Shown piece by piece: positions 42,940 to 55,149 of a stretch of 64,000 nucleotides of DNA. Each line of letters opens with the position of its first letter. The first letter of the stretch is position 1. This DNA comes from TPA_inf: Saccharomyces. Its lineage: Eukaryota. Under the pieces are notes generated by a model, which did no database searches, was not told where the DNA came from, and saw only the letters and a list, made by a program, of their open reading frames with translations. Location of the stretch: NCBI GenBank assembly GCA_000146045.2, contig BK006948.2, positions 192,001 through 256,000 on the forward strand, in the 5' to 3' direction. Position numbers and translations under genes: made by a program.

Positions 42940-44957
42940 ATGTCTGCTGCTCCTGTCCAAGACAAAGACACTCTGTCCAATGCCGAGCGTGCGAAGAACG
43001 TCAACGGGTTGCTTCAGGTGCTCATGGACATTAACACTCTGAACGGAGGGAGCTCCGACACTGCTGATAAGATAAGAATTCATGCCAAAAACTTCGAGGC
43101 AGCTTTGTTCGCAAAGAGCTCTTCAAAGAAAGAATACATGGACAGCATGAACGAAAAAGTTGCTGTCATGCGCAACACGTACAATACGAGGAAAAACGCC
43201 GTTACTGCTGCTGCCGCTAATAACAACATTAAACCCGTGGAACAGCACCATATTAACAACTTGAAAAATTCTGGCAACAGCGCCAATAATATGAATGTCA
43301 ATATGAATCTAAACCCACAGATGTTCTTGAATCAGCAGGCTCAGGCAAGGCAACAGGTTGCGCAACAATTAAGAAATCAACAACAACAACAACAACAGCA
43401 GCAGCAGCAACAGAGGCGTCAATTGACTCCTCAACAACAACAATTAGTGAACCAGATGAAAGTGGCACCTATTCCCAAACAATTACTGCAAAGAATTCCT
43501 AACATTCCACCCAATATCAACACCTGGCAGCAGGTCACTGCTTTGGCTCAACAAAAGCTATTGACACCTCAGGATATGGAAGCTGCGAAGGAAGTCTACA
43601 AGATTCACCAGCAGTTGCTATTCAAAGCAAGGCTACAGCAACAACAAGCACAGGCTCAAGCACAAGCTAATAACAACAACAACGGCCTCCCCCAAAATGG
43701 TAATATTAACAATAACATAAATATTCCTCAACAGCAGCAAATGCAACCTCCCAATTCAAGTGCGAACAACAACCCTTTGCAACAGCAATCATCACAAAAT
43801 ACCGTACCAAACGTCCTCAACCAAATTAACCAAATCTTTTCTCCAGAGGAGCAACGCAGCTTATTACAAGAAGCCATCGAAACCTGCAAGAATTTTGAAA
43901 AAACACAATTGGGTAGTACGATGACGGAACCTGTCAAGCAAAGTTTTATTAGGAAATACATTAACCAAAAGGCCCTGAGAAAAATCCAAGCTTTGAGAGA
44001 TGTTAAGAACAACAATAACGCTAACAACAACGGCTCGAACCTTCAGAGAGCCCAAAATGTCCCTATGAATATCATCCAACAACAACAACAACAGAACACG
44101 AACAATAATGACACCATTGCCACTTCTGCTACACCTAATGCTGCCGCTTTCTCTCAGCAACAGAACGCAAGTTCTAAATTATATCAGATGCAACAACAGC
44201 AACAAGCTCAAGCTCAAGCTCAAGCTCAAGCTCAGGCACAGGCTCAAGCACAAGCTCAAGCACAGGCGGCACAAGCGGCGCAAGCGCAAGCACAAGCACA
44301 AGCACAAGCACAAGCACAGGCACAGGCACAGGCACAAGCCCAGGCGCAGGCCCAAGCCCAAGCCCAAGCACAAGCACAAGCACACGCTCAGCACCAGCCC
44401 TCCCAACAACCACAACAAGCTCAGCAACAACCTAACCCACTACATGGGTTGACACCTACTGCAAAGGATGTCGAAGTAATTAAGCAATTGTCCTTGGATG
44501 CTTCTAAGACCAACCTAAGGCTTACGGACGTAACAAATTCTTTATCCAATGAAGAAAAGGAAAAAATTAAAATGAAGTTAAAGCAAGGTCAAAAGCTTTT
44601 TGTTCAGGTGAGTAATTTCGCCCCACAAGTCTACATCATCACAAAGAATGAAAACTTCTTGAAGGAAGTTTTTCAGTTAAGAATCTTTGTAAAAGAGATC
44701 CTAGAAAAATGTGCCGAGGGTATATTTGTTGTTAAATTAGACACCGTTGACAGGTTAATTATTAAGTATCAAAAATATTGGGAAAGTATGAGAATTCAAA
44801 TTTTAAGAAGACAAGCTATTTTAAGACAACAACAGCAAATGGCAAACAACAATGGGAACCCAGGCACTACTTCTACTGGAAACAATAATAATATTGCAAC
44901 TCAGCAAAATATGCAACAGTCACTACAGCAAATGCAGCATTTACAGCAATTGAAAAT

Positions 44958-45023
<66 letters not shown>

Positions 45024-46185
45024 ACAGCACATATATCCCTCCTCGACTCCTGGTGTGGCTAATTATTCGGCAATGGCTAATGCACCCGGTAACAATATCC
45101 CATATATGAACCATAAAAATACCTCTAGCATGGATTTTTTGAACTCTATGGAAAATACACCAAAAGTTCCCGTATCCGCTGCGGCAACCCCATCACTGAA
45201 CAAGACGATCAACGGTAAGGTGAATGGCAGGACAAAATCTAATACGATACCTGTTACCAGCATTCCATCAACAAATAAGAAACTATCAATTTCAAATGCC
45301 GCTAGTCAACAACCCACTCCTAGGTCTGCATCAAATACCGCTAAGTCAACCCCAAATACAAATCCTTCTCCACTGAAAACCCAAACTAAAAATGGCACAC
45401 CAAACCCCAATAATATGAAGACTGTACAGTCTCCTATGGGTGCACAACCATCATATAATAGTGCCATTATAGAGAATGCATTCAGAAAGGAAGAACTCTT
45501 GTTAAAAGATTTGGAAATCAGGAAGTTGGAGATATCTTCTCGTTTTAAACATCGCCAAGAAATTTTCAAAGATTCTCCTATGGATTTGTTTATGAGTACG
45601 CTGGGTGATTGCTTAGGTATCAAAGATGAAGAGATGCTTACGTCATGCACTATCCCAAAGGCTGTGGTTGATCACATCAACGGCTCTGGCAAAAGGAAGC
45701 CTACAAAAGCGGCTCAAAGGGCTCGCGATCAAGATTCCATTGACATTTCCATAAAAGACAACAAATTGGTTATGAAGAGTAAATTCAATAAGAGCAATAG
45801 GTCGTATTCGATAGCGTTGTCCAATGTAGCTGCTATATTCAAGGGTATCGGTGGTAACTTTAAAGACTTGTCCACTTTGGTTCATTCATCATCGCCGTCC
45901 ACATCTTCTAATATGGATGTCGGCAACCCAAGAAAAAGAAAAGCCAGCGTATTAGAAATAAGCCCGCAAGATTCGATAGCCTCGGTGCTATCACCAGATT
46001 CAAATATAATGAGTGATTCTAAAAAAATTAAAGTAGATTCTCCTGATGACCCATTCATGACAAAATCAGGAGCCACAACTAGTGAAAAACAAGAAGTAAC
46101 AAATGAAGCTCCATTTTTAACTTCTGGGACTAGTTCAGAACAATTCAATGTATGGGATTGGAATAATTGGACAAGTGCTACTTGA
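42940..46185 (+). CDS. GAL11: Mediator tail subunit Med15, 1081 aa, with an N-terminal KIX domain, polyQ tracts and a long (QA)n tract.
   Basis: Size, composition and recognised sequence; ATG at 42940. Confidence 0.92.
44203..44390 (+). repeat. Coding (CAAGCT/CAGGCA)n hexanucleotide repeat of about 30 units, encoding (QA)n in GAL11. Further polyQ CAG/CAA tracts lie at about 43378-43413 and 44958-45027.
   Basis: Direct reading of the sequence. Confidence 0.95.
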
Positions 46186-46615
46186 ACATTTGAAGTTTCC
46201 ATACTTTTGATACTTTTGAAGTTACTTCGTTTGGTGTTATGGTCACCAACATCTTTTTTTTCTCCTTCTTTCAAACTCTTTTTTAACTCCAGAAAAGAAA
46301 TTCTTTATTTCACAAAAATTTCTCCCCACTTTTAATGTAATTTTTCTTTATATAATATATATATATATATACATGAGTATCAATACAATATAACCTAATC
46401 TAGCTTTTTATCCAATGGACTTGACTATCATCAGTACTAGAAAGTGTCATTTCCATCAGTACGCTTTTTTGGCCGGGTTAGCTAGTGCTGACAAATAGTT
46501 GAACCTTCTTGAATTATCTAAATGTCTCCCAAATCAACCACATCCATATACGATCCTCCAAAGGTAGCAAAGTGCCACTTCAAGCAATTATAGGAAGAAA
46601 GCACTACTCCTATAA

Positions 46616-48094
<1,479 letters not shown>

Positions 48095-48203
48095 GTGTAC
48101 ATGTACTATACACATAGATGCTAGGAAGATGATGCTAGAACTTGATTAACAATTAGTTAAGGAATATATAATCACACTTCTACATAAATTTGCTGTTTTA
48201 GGC

Positions 48204-48947
48204 TCATTCCTTCTTTCTTTCACCCTTTAGTAGCGAAGTACACCATTTAGCTGCACCAACAGTGTTGCTAGATATGGTGACTATTGTGAAGAAGGGTATT
48301 AACTCTAGTAGACCGGCAGACATACCGAAACATATGAAACTTGCGTAATGCTCGTACTGAAAATCTTTGGCCTGTTTCTTACTGAATCCCTTTAGTAAAA
48401 AGTACCTCTGCAAATAGGTAAAGGTTCTTTTTGGGGCCATTAGTTGATTTGCCAAGATTGGTCCTACAATAGGAATTAGCGACAGTAATGTTAGTGAAGT
48501 AAAATTGGAGACTTTAAAAAACATTCTGAATAGTAATCTGGGAATCTTAAAAATCCGACTTCCCTTTATTGTGTTGAAATTTCTCACCGCATCAGGTTCA
48601 TCGATTTTTCTATGTGGCTTTTGTGGTTTAGGCAATACCTTCACCTCGTTTAGAAATTCATCTTGGTCTTGCAACACCAAAGATATATCAAATATCTGAT
48701 TCGTAATATGGGTCAGGACCAGTGTTCTACAAACAAAGGCAGTCAAGACATTCGTTTGTAAAATCCATTGAATATGAACCAGTATCACACCAAGAGGCCC
48801 TAATAACAGTATGGCCCATGTCACTAAAAGCGGTACAAGTGTGACATAAAAGAGACCAGCAATAGTGACAAAAATCAGGGCATAGCAAACCGCAAACAGT
48901 AAAATATGCTTCCAATAAACAGGATTCGTCAGCACTTCATAAAACCC
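48204..48947 (-). CDS. RRT8: RRT8 exon 2 (247 codons plus stop), multi-pass membrane protein.
   Basis: In-frame continuation GFYEVLTNPVYWKH... after the TAG acceptor at 48948-48950. Paralogous to exon 2 of the next gene. Confidence 0.7.
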   Translation of the reverse strand, partial: GFYEVLTNPVYWKHILLFAVCYALIFVTIAGLFYVTLVPLLVTWAILLLGPLGVILVHIQWILQTNVLTAFVCRTLVLTHITNQIFDISLVLQDQDEFLNEVKVLPKPQKPHRKIDEPDAVRNFNTIKGSRIFKIPRLLFRMFFKVSNFTSLTLLSLIPIVGPILANQLMAPKRTFTYLQRYFLLKGFSKKQAKDFQYEHYASFICFGMSAGLLELIPFFTIVTISSNTVGAAKWCTSLLKGERKKE

Positions 48948-49025
48948 CTACGGTTAACAAATAAAAATTAAATATGTTAGTCATAAAACAAGTCATATCA
49001 ATGCAAACAAAAATCATGTACTTAC

Positions 49026-49310
49026 TAAGAATGGGTAGATAAATGCTCTTGAGTTGAAAATTTCTTTAATGAAGTTTTTTCTAAGCAGTTCGTATCTCAC
49101 TTTCATTGTTGGTATCGTTTCAGGAAACCAAATATCAAACTGTCTTATGAAAATCTTTAGCCAACGACTTACGTTACTTTCCTTTGAAGAACTGTGTTCT
49201 TTGAATTGTCTTTTTAAACGTTGTGGCCCCTTTTCTGCAAGGGTCATAGAATTAGCATATGTGGCGTGAGAAGCCTGGCTGTGACTTATAAGCTCAATTC
49301 CGGCTTTCAT
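49026..49310 (-). CDS. RRT8: RRT8 (LDS family, spore-wall and lipid-droplet protein), exon 1 (95 codons). Intron at 48948-49025: 5'SS GTAAGT, branch GACTAAC, 3'SS TAG.
   Basis: ATG at 49308-49310. The exon-1 ORF ends 3 codons after a perfect GTAAGT. A branch-point-like TGACTAAC and a CCGTAG acceptor join in-frame to the downstream 247-codon ORF. Confidence 0.7.
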
Positions 49311-49613
49311 CCTTAGTTTGTCTTTACAGCCAACCAGGGGTCCTCAGGGATATACCTTGCCCTTTTTTTCCTTTTTTTGACGTCCCTTCACCTTTCTTGA
49401 AAGTGATTTACTTTATTTAGGTTTTGAAGTTCCGAGTGTAACCACCCTGATTTTCATAAGTCCCCTGATTTCCCAAATTTTTTATGCATATACAAATGTT
49501 GAAAAGAAACGAATATTATTAGCAAGTAATATATAGTATATAGTATATATATATATTTATATATGTAAACATATAATGAATATATAAATTGGTATGTAAA
49601 AGAGTTGCGAGCT

Positions 49614-50441
49614 TCATGGCGGATTAATGTGAGCTATAGATTGTTGGATTGGAGGTGCATAGGATCCTACAGTAGGCTCTTCTGGTTCCGCAGGAGGGGA
49701 AGGAGGTACGGCTGGCTGGTCCCGGTCTTTTATCTCTTTAACTATCCAAAGCGAAGCACCTACTGCGTTTGTTCCAATGAACAACCCACCCAGAATGGGA
49801 ATAGACTCTAATAAACCGCTGGATATCGAGTAAAGGAGCCACTTGGCAAAGCCCTTGTAGTAAACTTTGGAAAGTTTGCGCGAATCCAAATGTAGCACGT
49901 CAACAAAATAAGGCTCAAAATAGTAAAATCCCATTCCGGGGCTAAATGGTAGCATATTGATTGTAATTGGACCCACTATTGGAACGAGCAACAATAAAAG
50001 AAACATAAAGGCTATGAAGATGTACCAGAAGAAAAAAATGAAAAACTGCGGCAAAGAGACGAGGTAAAACCGTTTCGAAAAGAGGCCACCCAAACGATGT
50101 GACCTTCTGTAGACAAAGGGCGTGAAACTTATCGTTTCACAGGCTTCACTCAACTCTGTTAATCCCTTTCTTGCGAACGTCACTCCATAAATACGTGTGA
50201 AAAGAACGAAATCGGTACCCTTCACCATAGAATTACATAGCGTTGTGGAAATCAGAATAGTTTGCATATAAGCCAGAGGTAACGCAAAGAGTCCGAGAAA
50301 GGGCAAATAGATGCACACTAACAAGGACCACGCAAGGATTGACGTAAACGCAACAATAAGCAGGAGATTCAGCAGGTAGTATCCAAATATTAGGAAAAAT
50401 AGATGCAAATAATCCGAGTTTCCCACGGATTCGCTAATTCC
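49614..50441 (-). CDS. LDS2: LDS2 exon 2 (275 codons plus stop), multi-pass membrane protein.
   Basis: ORF track ORF (TTG-initiated at 50447) trimmed to the splice acceptor; homology to the RRT8 exon 2 product. Confidence 0.65.
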   Translation of the reverse strand, partial: GISESVGNSDYLHLFFLIFGYYLLNLLLIVAFTSILAWSLLVCIYLPFLGLFALPLAYMQTILISTTLCNSMVKGTDFVLFTRIYGVTFARKGLTELSEACETISFTPFVYRRSHRLGGLFSKRFYLVSLPQFFIFFFWYIFIAFMFLLLLLVPIVGPITINMLPFSPGMGFYYFEPYFVDVLHLDSRKLSKVYYKGFAKWLLYSISSGLLESIPILGGLFIGTNAVGASLWIVKEIKDRDQPAVPPSPPAEPEEPTVGSYAPPIQQSIAHINPP

Positions 50442-50504
50442 CTTCAAAGGCGGTTAGTATGACGGCTTAAAAAACATGATCTGCTTATTGGAACATCAAC
50501 ATAC

Positions 50505-50747
50505 TTTATACGGATACCAGATGATCTGGTGCGACGACTCTAGGTCTTTCCAAAAATTGTCTTTAACAAGCATAGCATTCTTGTACCATCGAACTATCGG
50601 AGCCTTGTATGCCATCCAAATTTTTGATTTCTTATGGTTCCCTTGGTCTTGGATGGGGAGTAATTGTGGTTCCTCCCCTTCTGCCAGTGGCGTAGAGGCA
50701 TATGGATGTCTATGGTAATACCAATCAGGTTGGGGTCTAGTCGACAT
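50505..50747 (-). CDS. LDS2: LDS2 (paralog of RRT8), exon 1 (81 codons). Intron at 50442-50504 (63 nt): 5'SS GTATGT, branch TACTAAC, apparent 3'SS AAG.
   Basis: ATG at 50745-50747. ...WYPYK is followed by GTATGT. CATACTAACC lies 12 nt before GAAG|GGA. The join is in frame, and the exon-2 start (G-I-S-E...) aligns with RRT8 exon 2 (G-F-Y-E...). Confidence 0.65.
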
Positions 50748-51465
50748 GTTTGCTTGGTGTCTTAGCAGCTCTTATAGTTCTAATGCTATAACTAAGAAAG
50801 TAATAATAATAATAATAAAAAGCTTTATATAATGTTTTATTATGGAAGTTTCGTTTTTGTGGCGCGACGCGATCAGCCAAAATCAGCGGAAAAATTCGTC
50901 GGAACATTTTTTTCTTTTTTGGCCAAGCTATTGTTACAGGTGGGGCAGGGGCAAGAGACGATATGTCATCGCGAAGCTGTAAAGACACTTGTCGAAGTGA
51001 TAAAGCGCAAGAGCTGTTTGTCTACGGAACCAGCAAGTACTATCTAATAGCGTGTTCCAGAGAATAACAGCATTTTTCAACTTCTTTCTCCTGGTGTGAG
51101 TAATCAGTACGTGAAAAGAGAACGAAGTTAAAAAAAAAAACAAGAAAAAGAAACAAGATCAAAAGAAACGATAAAGGCTGGCTTATAAAATAATAGCATC
51201 GCGAACGATCAATAAGGGGCCCTGTTTATTTTTAACAAAGTTTACATATTTCGTTTTCCTCTTTAAGCTGACATCACGTCTATACCCTGTTTTATTCCTT
51301 GTTAGAAACATAACGGAGCAGGTAGTAACAACAACAGTATAAACTATCATAAACTTTTTTCCTTCCTTATTGGTGACTTTTAACACTTAGAATTCTAAGT
51401 CTGGCAAGAACAGTAATCATACTTCTTTGCAGGGCGTTTTATTGTTACTCCTCTGCCCTGCTAGA

Positions 51466-52140
51466 TTAAAGTAAAGAATCATAAACAAAGAACACAATGA
51501 CATACCCGGTTAGTGCAGCCGCTCCTGCCGACATTTCATATTCTAAAAATACCCCGTTGGTAGGGCTCTCTAAACCTCCATGCTTGTACCAACACGCTTC
51601 CTCGTCCGTCGATTCGTTTTCGTCAACATTCAGTGATGATGATCGTTCGGACCTTGTTGCTGTACCTAATGAGTCGCCGCATGCATTTTCGTATAATCCC
51701 ATATCACCAAACTCACTGGGAGTAAGGTTGACCATCTTAAGAAGGTCTTTGGAAATAATGGTAAACAGTCCTGACATCTTACATGAGTTGAAGAAAAAAG
51801 CACCCGTAATAGCATACCCCCCCTCACTTAGACACACAAGAAACTTAACAGAGACTGCCACGTTATCAGCATCGCGAGATCCGTTAAATGGGTCTCTAAT
51901 TTCACCATTAGTATCCAATATGCCATCTCCTGCTAGTAGACCCGTGATACAGAGAGCAACGTCCTTAATGGTGTTGCCTGATAATGATACTGCCAGTAAA
52001 CTGAATCCAGCCAAGTCCGAGTTAGAAAACTTGTTATTCTTGCTAAATTTAGCATTGGAAAACAATTCCTTCGAAAGAGCTTCCGATTTACACATGCTAT
52101 CGTTATTGAATATCAAGAAAATAAACTTTGATTCAGACAT
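51466..52140 (-). other. 224-codon ORF antisense to the 5' end of PSK2, probably non-coding (corresponds to dubious YOL046C).
   Basis: In the ORF track but entirely embedded in PSK2 on the opposite strand; no recognisable domains. Confidence 0.3.
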
Positions 52141-54802
52141 TCAAAAATCAGAAACTTTGAAAAAGGTTTTATTAGATAGTTTAGCAGAACCATTTTTTGA
52201 AAACTACAAGAAGTTCCCTCACAAAGATTTAGGTTCGAAATCGCAATATAATGAATATGAGGAGAAACACGATGATATAGTCTCCTTAGCAGACATCAAA
52301 CCACAACAGGACTATAGCCGAATTCTTCATCCTTTCACATCTGCAAAAAATTCTGGTCCAGAGGCCATTTTTACATGTTCTCAACAATACCCCTGGAACT
52401 TCAAAGCTGCCAATGATTTGGCGTGTCTAACGTTCGGTATATCAAAGAATGTTATCAAGGCACTTACTTTACTAGACCTTATTCATACGGATAGCAGAAA
52501 TTTTGTTCTAGAGAAAATCATGAATGCAGAAGATGATAACCAAGAAATTGTGTTTACCGGAGAAACTATACCTATCGTCCAGCCAAATTCGACAAGCAAT
52601 AATAATGTACCAAATCTGATTTGGGCTTCACTATGGGCCAAGCGGAAGAATGGCCTACTGGTCTGCGTATTTGAAAAAACGCCTTGCGATTACATTGACG
52701 TCATGTTAAACTTGAGAGATTTTTCAGTGGACAGCATTATTGATACAACACACTTTCTGGAAAACTTTGACAAGAAAAAGCAGCAAGAATCAACTTCGCC
52801 AATGACAGAAAAGAAAACGGTAAAATTTGCAAATGAAATTCACGATATTGGGTCAGTAAGTCACTCACTGAGTAAACTAATTGATGATGTACGTTTTGGA
52901 AAAGTGTTTTCTGCAGATGATGATTTATTACCCTTGTCTATCAGGGTGGCAAATCATGTCAACGAAGAGAGATATTTTACGTTGAATTGTCTATCTGAAA
53001 ATATACCATGTGCTGTTACAACTTCCGTATTGGAAAACGAAATAAAATTAAAAATTCATAGTTTGCCCTATCAGGCTGGGCTATTTATTGTTGACAGTCA
53101 CACTTTAAGTCTTTTAAGTTTCAACAAATCAGTCGCCAAAAACATGTTTGGCTTGCGACTTCACGAGTTGGCCGGTAGTTCGGTTACTAAGTTGGTTCCT
53201 TCTTTGGCGGACATGATATCTTATATCAATAAAACTTATCCTATGTTAAATATCACATTACCAGAAAATAAAGGATTGGTTTTAACAGAACATTTTTTCA
53301 GAAAAATTGAGGCTGAAATGCATCATGATAAGGACTCGTTTTACACTTCTATTGGTCTAGACGGCTGTCACAAAGATGGTAATTTGATAAAGGTGGATGT
53401 TCAATTACGGGTCTTGAATACGAATGCTGTATTATTATGGATTACACACTCAAGAGACGTGGTCATTGAAAATTATACCACCGTTCCTTCGCAGCTACCG
53501 ATGTTAAAGGAGAACGAAATTGATGTCGTTGGCAGTAGAGGTAGTTCCAGTGCATCTTCCAAGAAATCTTCGGAAAAAATTCCTGTGAATACTTTGAAGG
53601 CAATGGCTGATCTGTCGATTAGCTCCGCTGAAACGATTTCTAATTCAGACGATGAAGTAGACTTAAATCAAGTGAATGAAAAACTACGAGAAACTTCTTG
53701 CGGTAAAGTGAGAGGTATCGAATCTAATGACAACAATAACTATGACGATGACATGACAATGGTTGATGATCCTGAGTTAAAACATAAAATTGAATTAACG
53801 AAAATGTACACGCAGGACAAATCAAAATTTGTAAAGGACGACAACTTTAAAGTGGATGAAAAATTTATAATGAGGATAATTGAACCGATAAACGGAGAAG
53901 AAATCAAAAAGGAAACAAATGAGCTAGACAAAAGAAATTCTACTTTAAAAGCTACGTACTTGACTACTCCAGAGGCTAATATAGGCTCACAAAAGCGCAT
54001 AAAGAAATTTTCTGATTTTACTATTCTGCAAGTGATGGGTGAGGGTGCGTACGGTAAAGTCAATTTATGCATTCATAACAGAGAACACTATATCGTGGTC
54101 ATCAAAATGATTTTCAAAGAGAGGATTTTAGTAGACACATGGGTGAGAGATAGAAAATTAGGTACTATACCTTCTGAGATCCAAATTATGGCGACCTTGA
54201 ATAAAAATTCCCAAGAAAATATCTTGAAGTTATTAGATTTTTTTGAAGATGACGATTATTATTACATTGAAACACCGGTCCATGGAGAAACTGGTAGTAT
54301 TGATCTATTTGATGTTATCGAATTCAAAAAAGATATGGTTGAACATGAAGCTAAACTGGTGTTTAAACAGGTAGTCGCTAGTATAAAGCATTTACATGAC
54401 CAAGGAATTGTTCATAGAGACATAAAGGACGAAAATGTTATTGTTGATTCTCATGGCTTTGTAAAATTAATCGATTTCGGTTCGGCTGCCTATATCAAGA
54501 GTGGACCATTCGATGTTTTTGTGGGAACAATGGACTATGCTGCACCTGAAGTCCTTGGTGGTTCCTCTTACAAAGGTAAACCACAAGATATTTGGGCTCT
54601 TGGTGTGCTACTTTATACCATAATTTATAAAGAGAATCCTTATTACAACATTGATGAAATCTTGGAAGGTGAATTAAGGTTCGATAAATCGGAACATGTC
54701 AGTGAAGAATGCATCAGTTTGATAAAAAGAATTTTGACAAGAGAAGTTGATAAAAGACCTACTATTGATGAAATATATGAAGATAAATGGCTTAAAATCT
54801 AG
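51497..54802 (+). CDS. PSK2: PAS-domain serine/threonine protein kinase, 1101 aa.
   Basis: C-terminal kinase domain (GEGAYGKV, HRDIKDENV, DFGSA) with N-terminal PAS region; ATG at 51497. Confidence 0.85.
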   Translation: MTYPVSAAAPADISYSKNTPLVGLSKPPCLYQHASSSVDSFSSTFSDDDRSDLVAVPNESPHAFSYNPISPNSLGVRLTILRRSLEIMVNSPDILHELKKKAPVIAYPPSLRHTRNLTETATLSASRDPLNGSLISPLVSNMPSPASRPVIQRATSLMVLPDNDTASKLNPAKSELENLLFLLNLALENNSFERASDLHMLSLLNIKKINFDSDIQKSETLKKVLLDSLAEPFFENYKKFPHKDLGSKSQYNEYEEKHDDIVSLADIKPQQDYSRILHPFTSAKNSGPEAIFTCSQQYPWNFKAANDLACLTFGISKNVIKALTLLDLIHTDSRNFVLEKIMNAEDDNQEIVFTGETIPIVQPNSTSNNNVPNLIWASLWAKRKNGLLVCVFEKTPCDYIDVMLNLRDFSVDSIIDTTHFLENFDKKKQQESTSPMTEKKTVKFANEIHDIGSVSHSLSKLIDDVRFGKVFSADDDLLPLSIRVANHVNEERYFTLNCLSENIPCAVTTSVLENEIKLKIHSLPYQAGLFIVDSHTLSLLSFNKSVAKNMFGLRLHELAGSSVTKLVPSLADMISYINKTYPMLNITLPENKGLVLTEHFFRKIEAEMHHDKDSFYTSIGLDGCHKDGNLIKVDVQLRVLNTNAVLLWITHSRDVVIENYTTVPSQLPMLKENEIDVVGSRGSSSASSKKSSEKIPVNTLKAMADLSISSAETISNSDDEVDLNQVNEKLRETSCGKVRGIESNDNNNYDDDMTMVDDPELKHKIELTKMYTQDKSKFVKDDNFKVDEKFIMRIIEPINGEEIKKETNELDKRNSTLKATYLTTPEANIGSQKRIKKFSDFTILQVMGEGAYGKVNLCIHNREHYIVVIKMIFKERILVDTWVRDRKLGTIPSEIQIMATLNKNSQENILKLLDFFEDDDYYYIETPVHGETGSIDLFDVIEFKKDMVEHEAKLVFKQVVASIKHLHDQGIVHRDIKDENVIVDSHGFVKLIDFGSAAYIKSGPFDVFVGTMDYAAPEVLGGSSYKGKPQDIWALGVLLYTIIYKENPYYNIDEILEGELRFDKSEHVSEECISLIKRILTREVDKRPTIDEIYEDKWLKI

Positions 54803-55149
54803 TTTTCCGTACTCTCCAAGATAAAGGGAAAGAATAATTTAATCCATTTTCATAACCATTTACCTTCATAAATGTTCTATTCTTTTTTTGGCTATATATT
54901 AATTACATTTTTAATATCATATCATTGCTCTATATCCTTCTTGTCCAGCCTCTATGCAGTATTTTCTTTCATTCTATTTTGGGGCAAACTTCTGCGCTGA
55001 GCGGCTTATCGCCGTCGGAGTGACATCAAGTACCATAGAAAAGTCATCGTAGACTTACATATTTAGGCAAGAGAAATAGTTAGGTAAACAGAAAGAGGCA
55101 CTAGCAGAACGTACTACGGTGTGGTTTATACAAGAGGGTTCTGTGAATA

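Noticed and set aside
44108-44452. Three overlapping ORFs (114 aa plus strand; 79 and 83 aa minus strand) with bizarre K/H/R-, P/V/L- or L/C-repeat proteins.
   Set aside because: They are the alternative-frame and antisense readings of the GAL11 (CAAGCT)n repeat. They are low-complexity artefacts, not genes.
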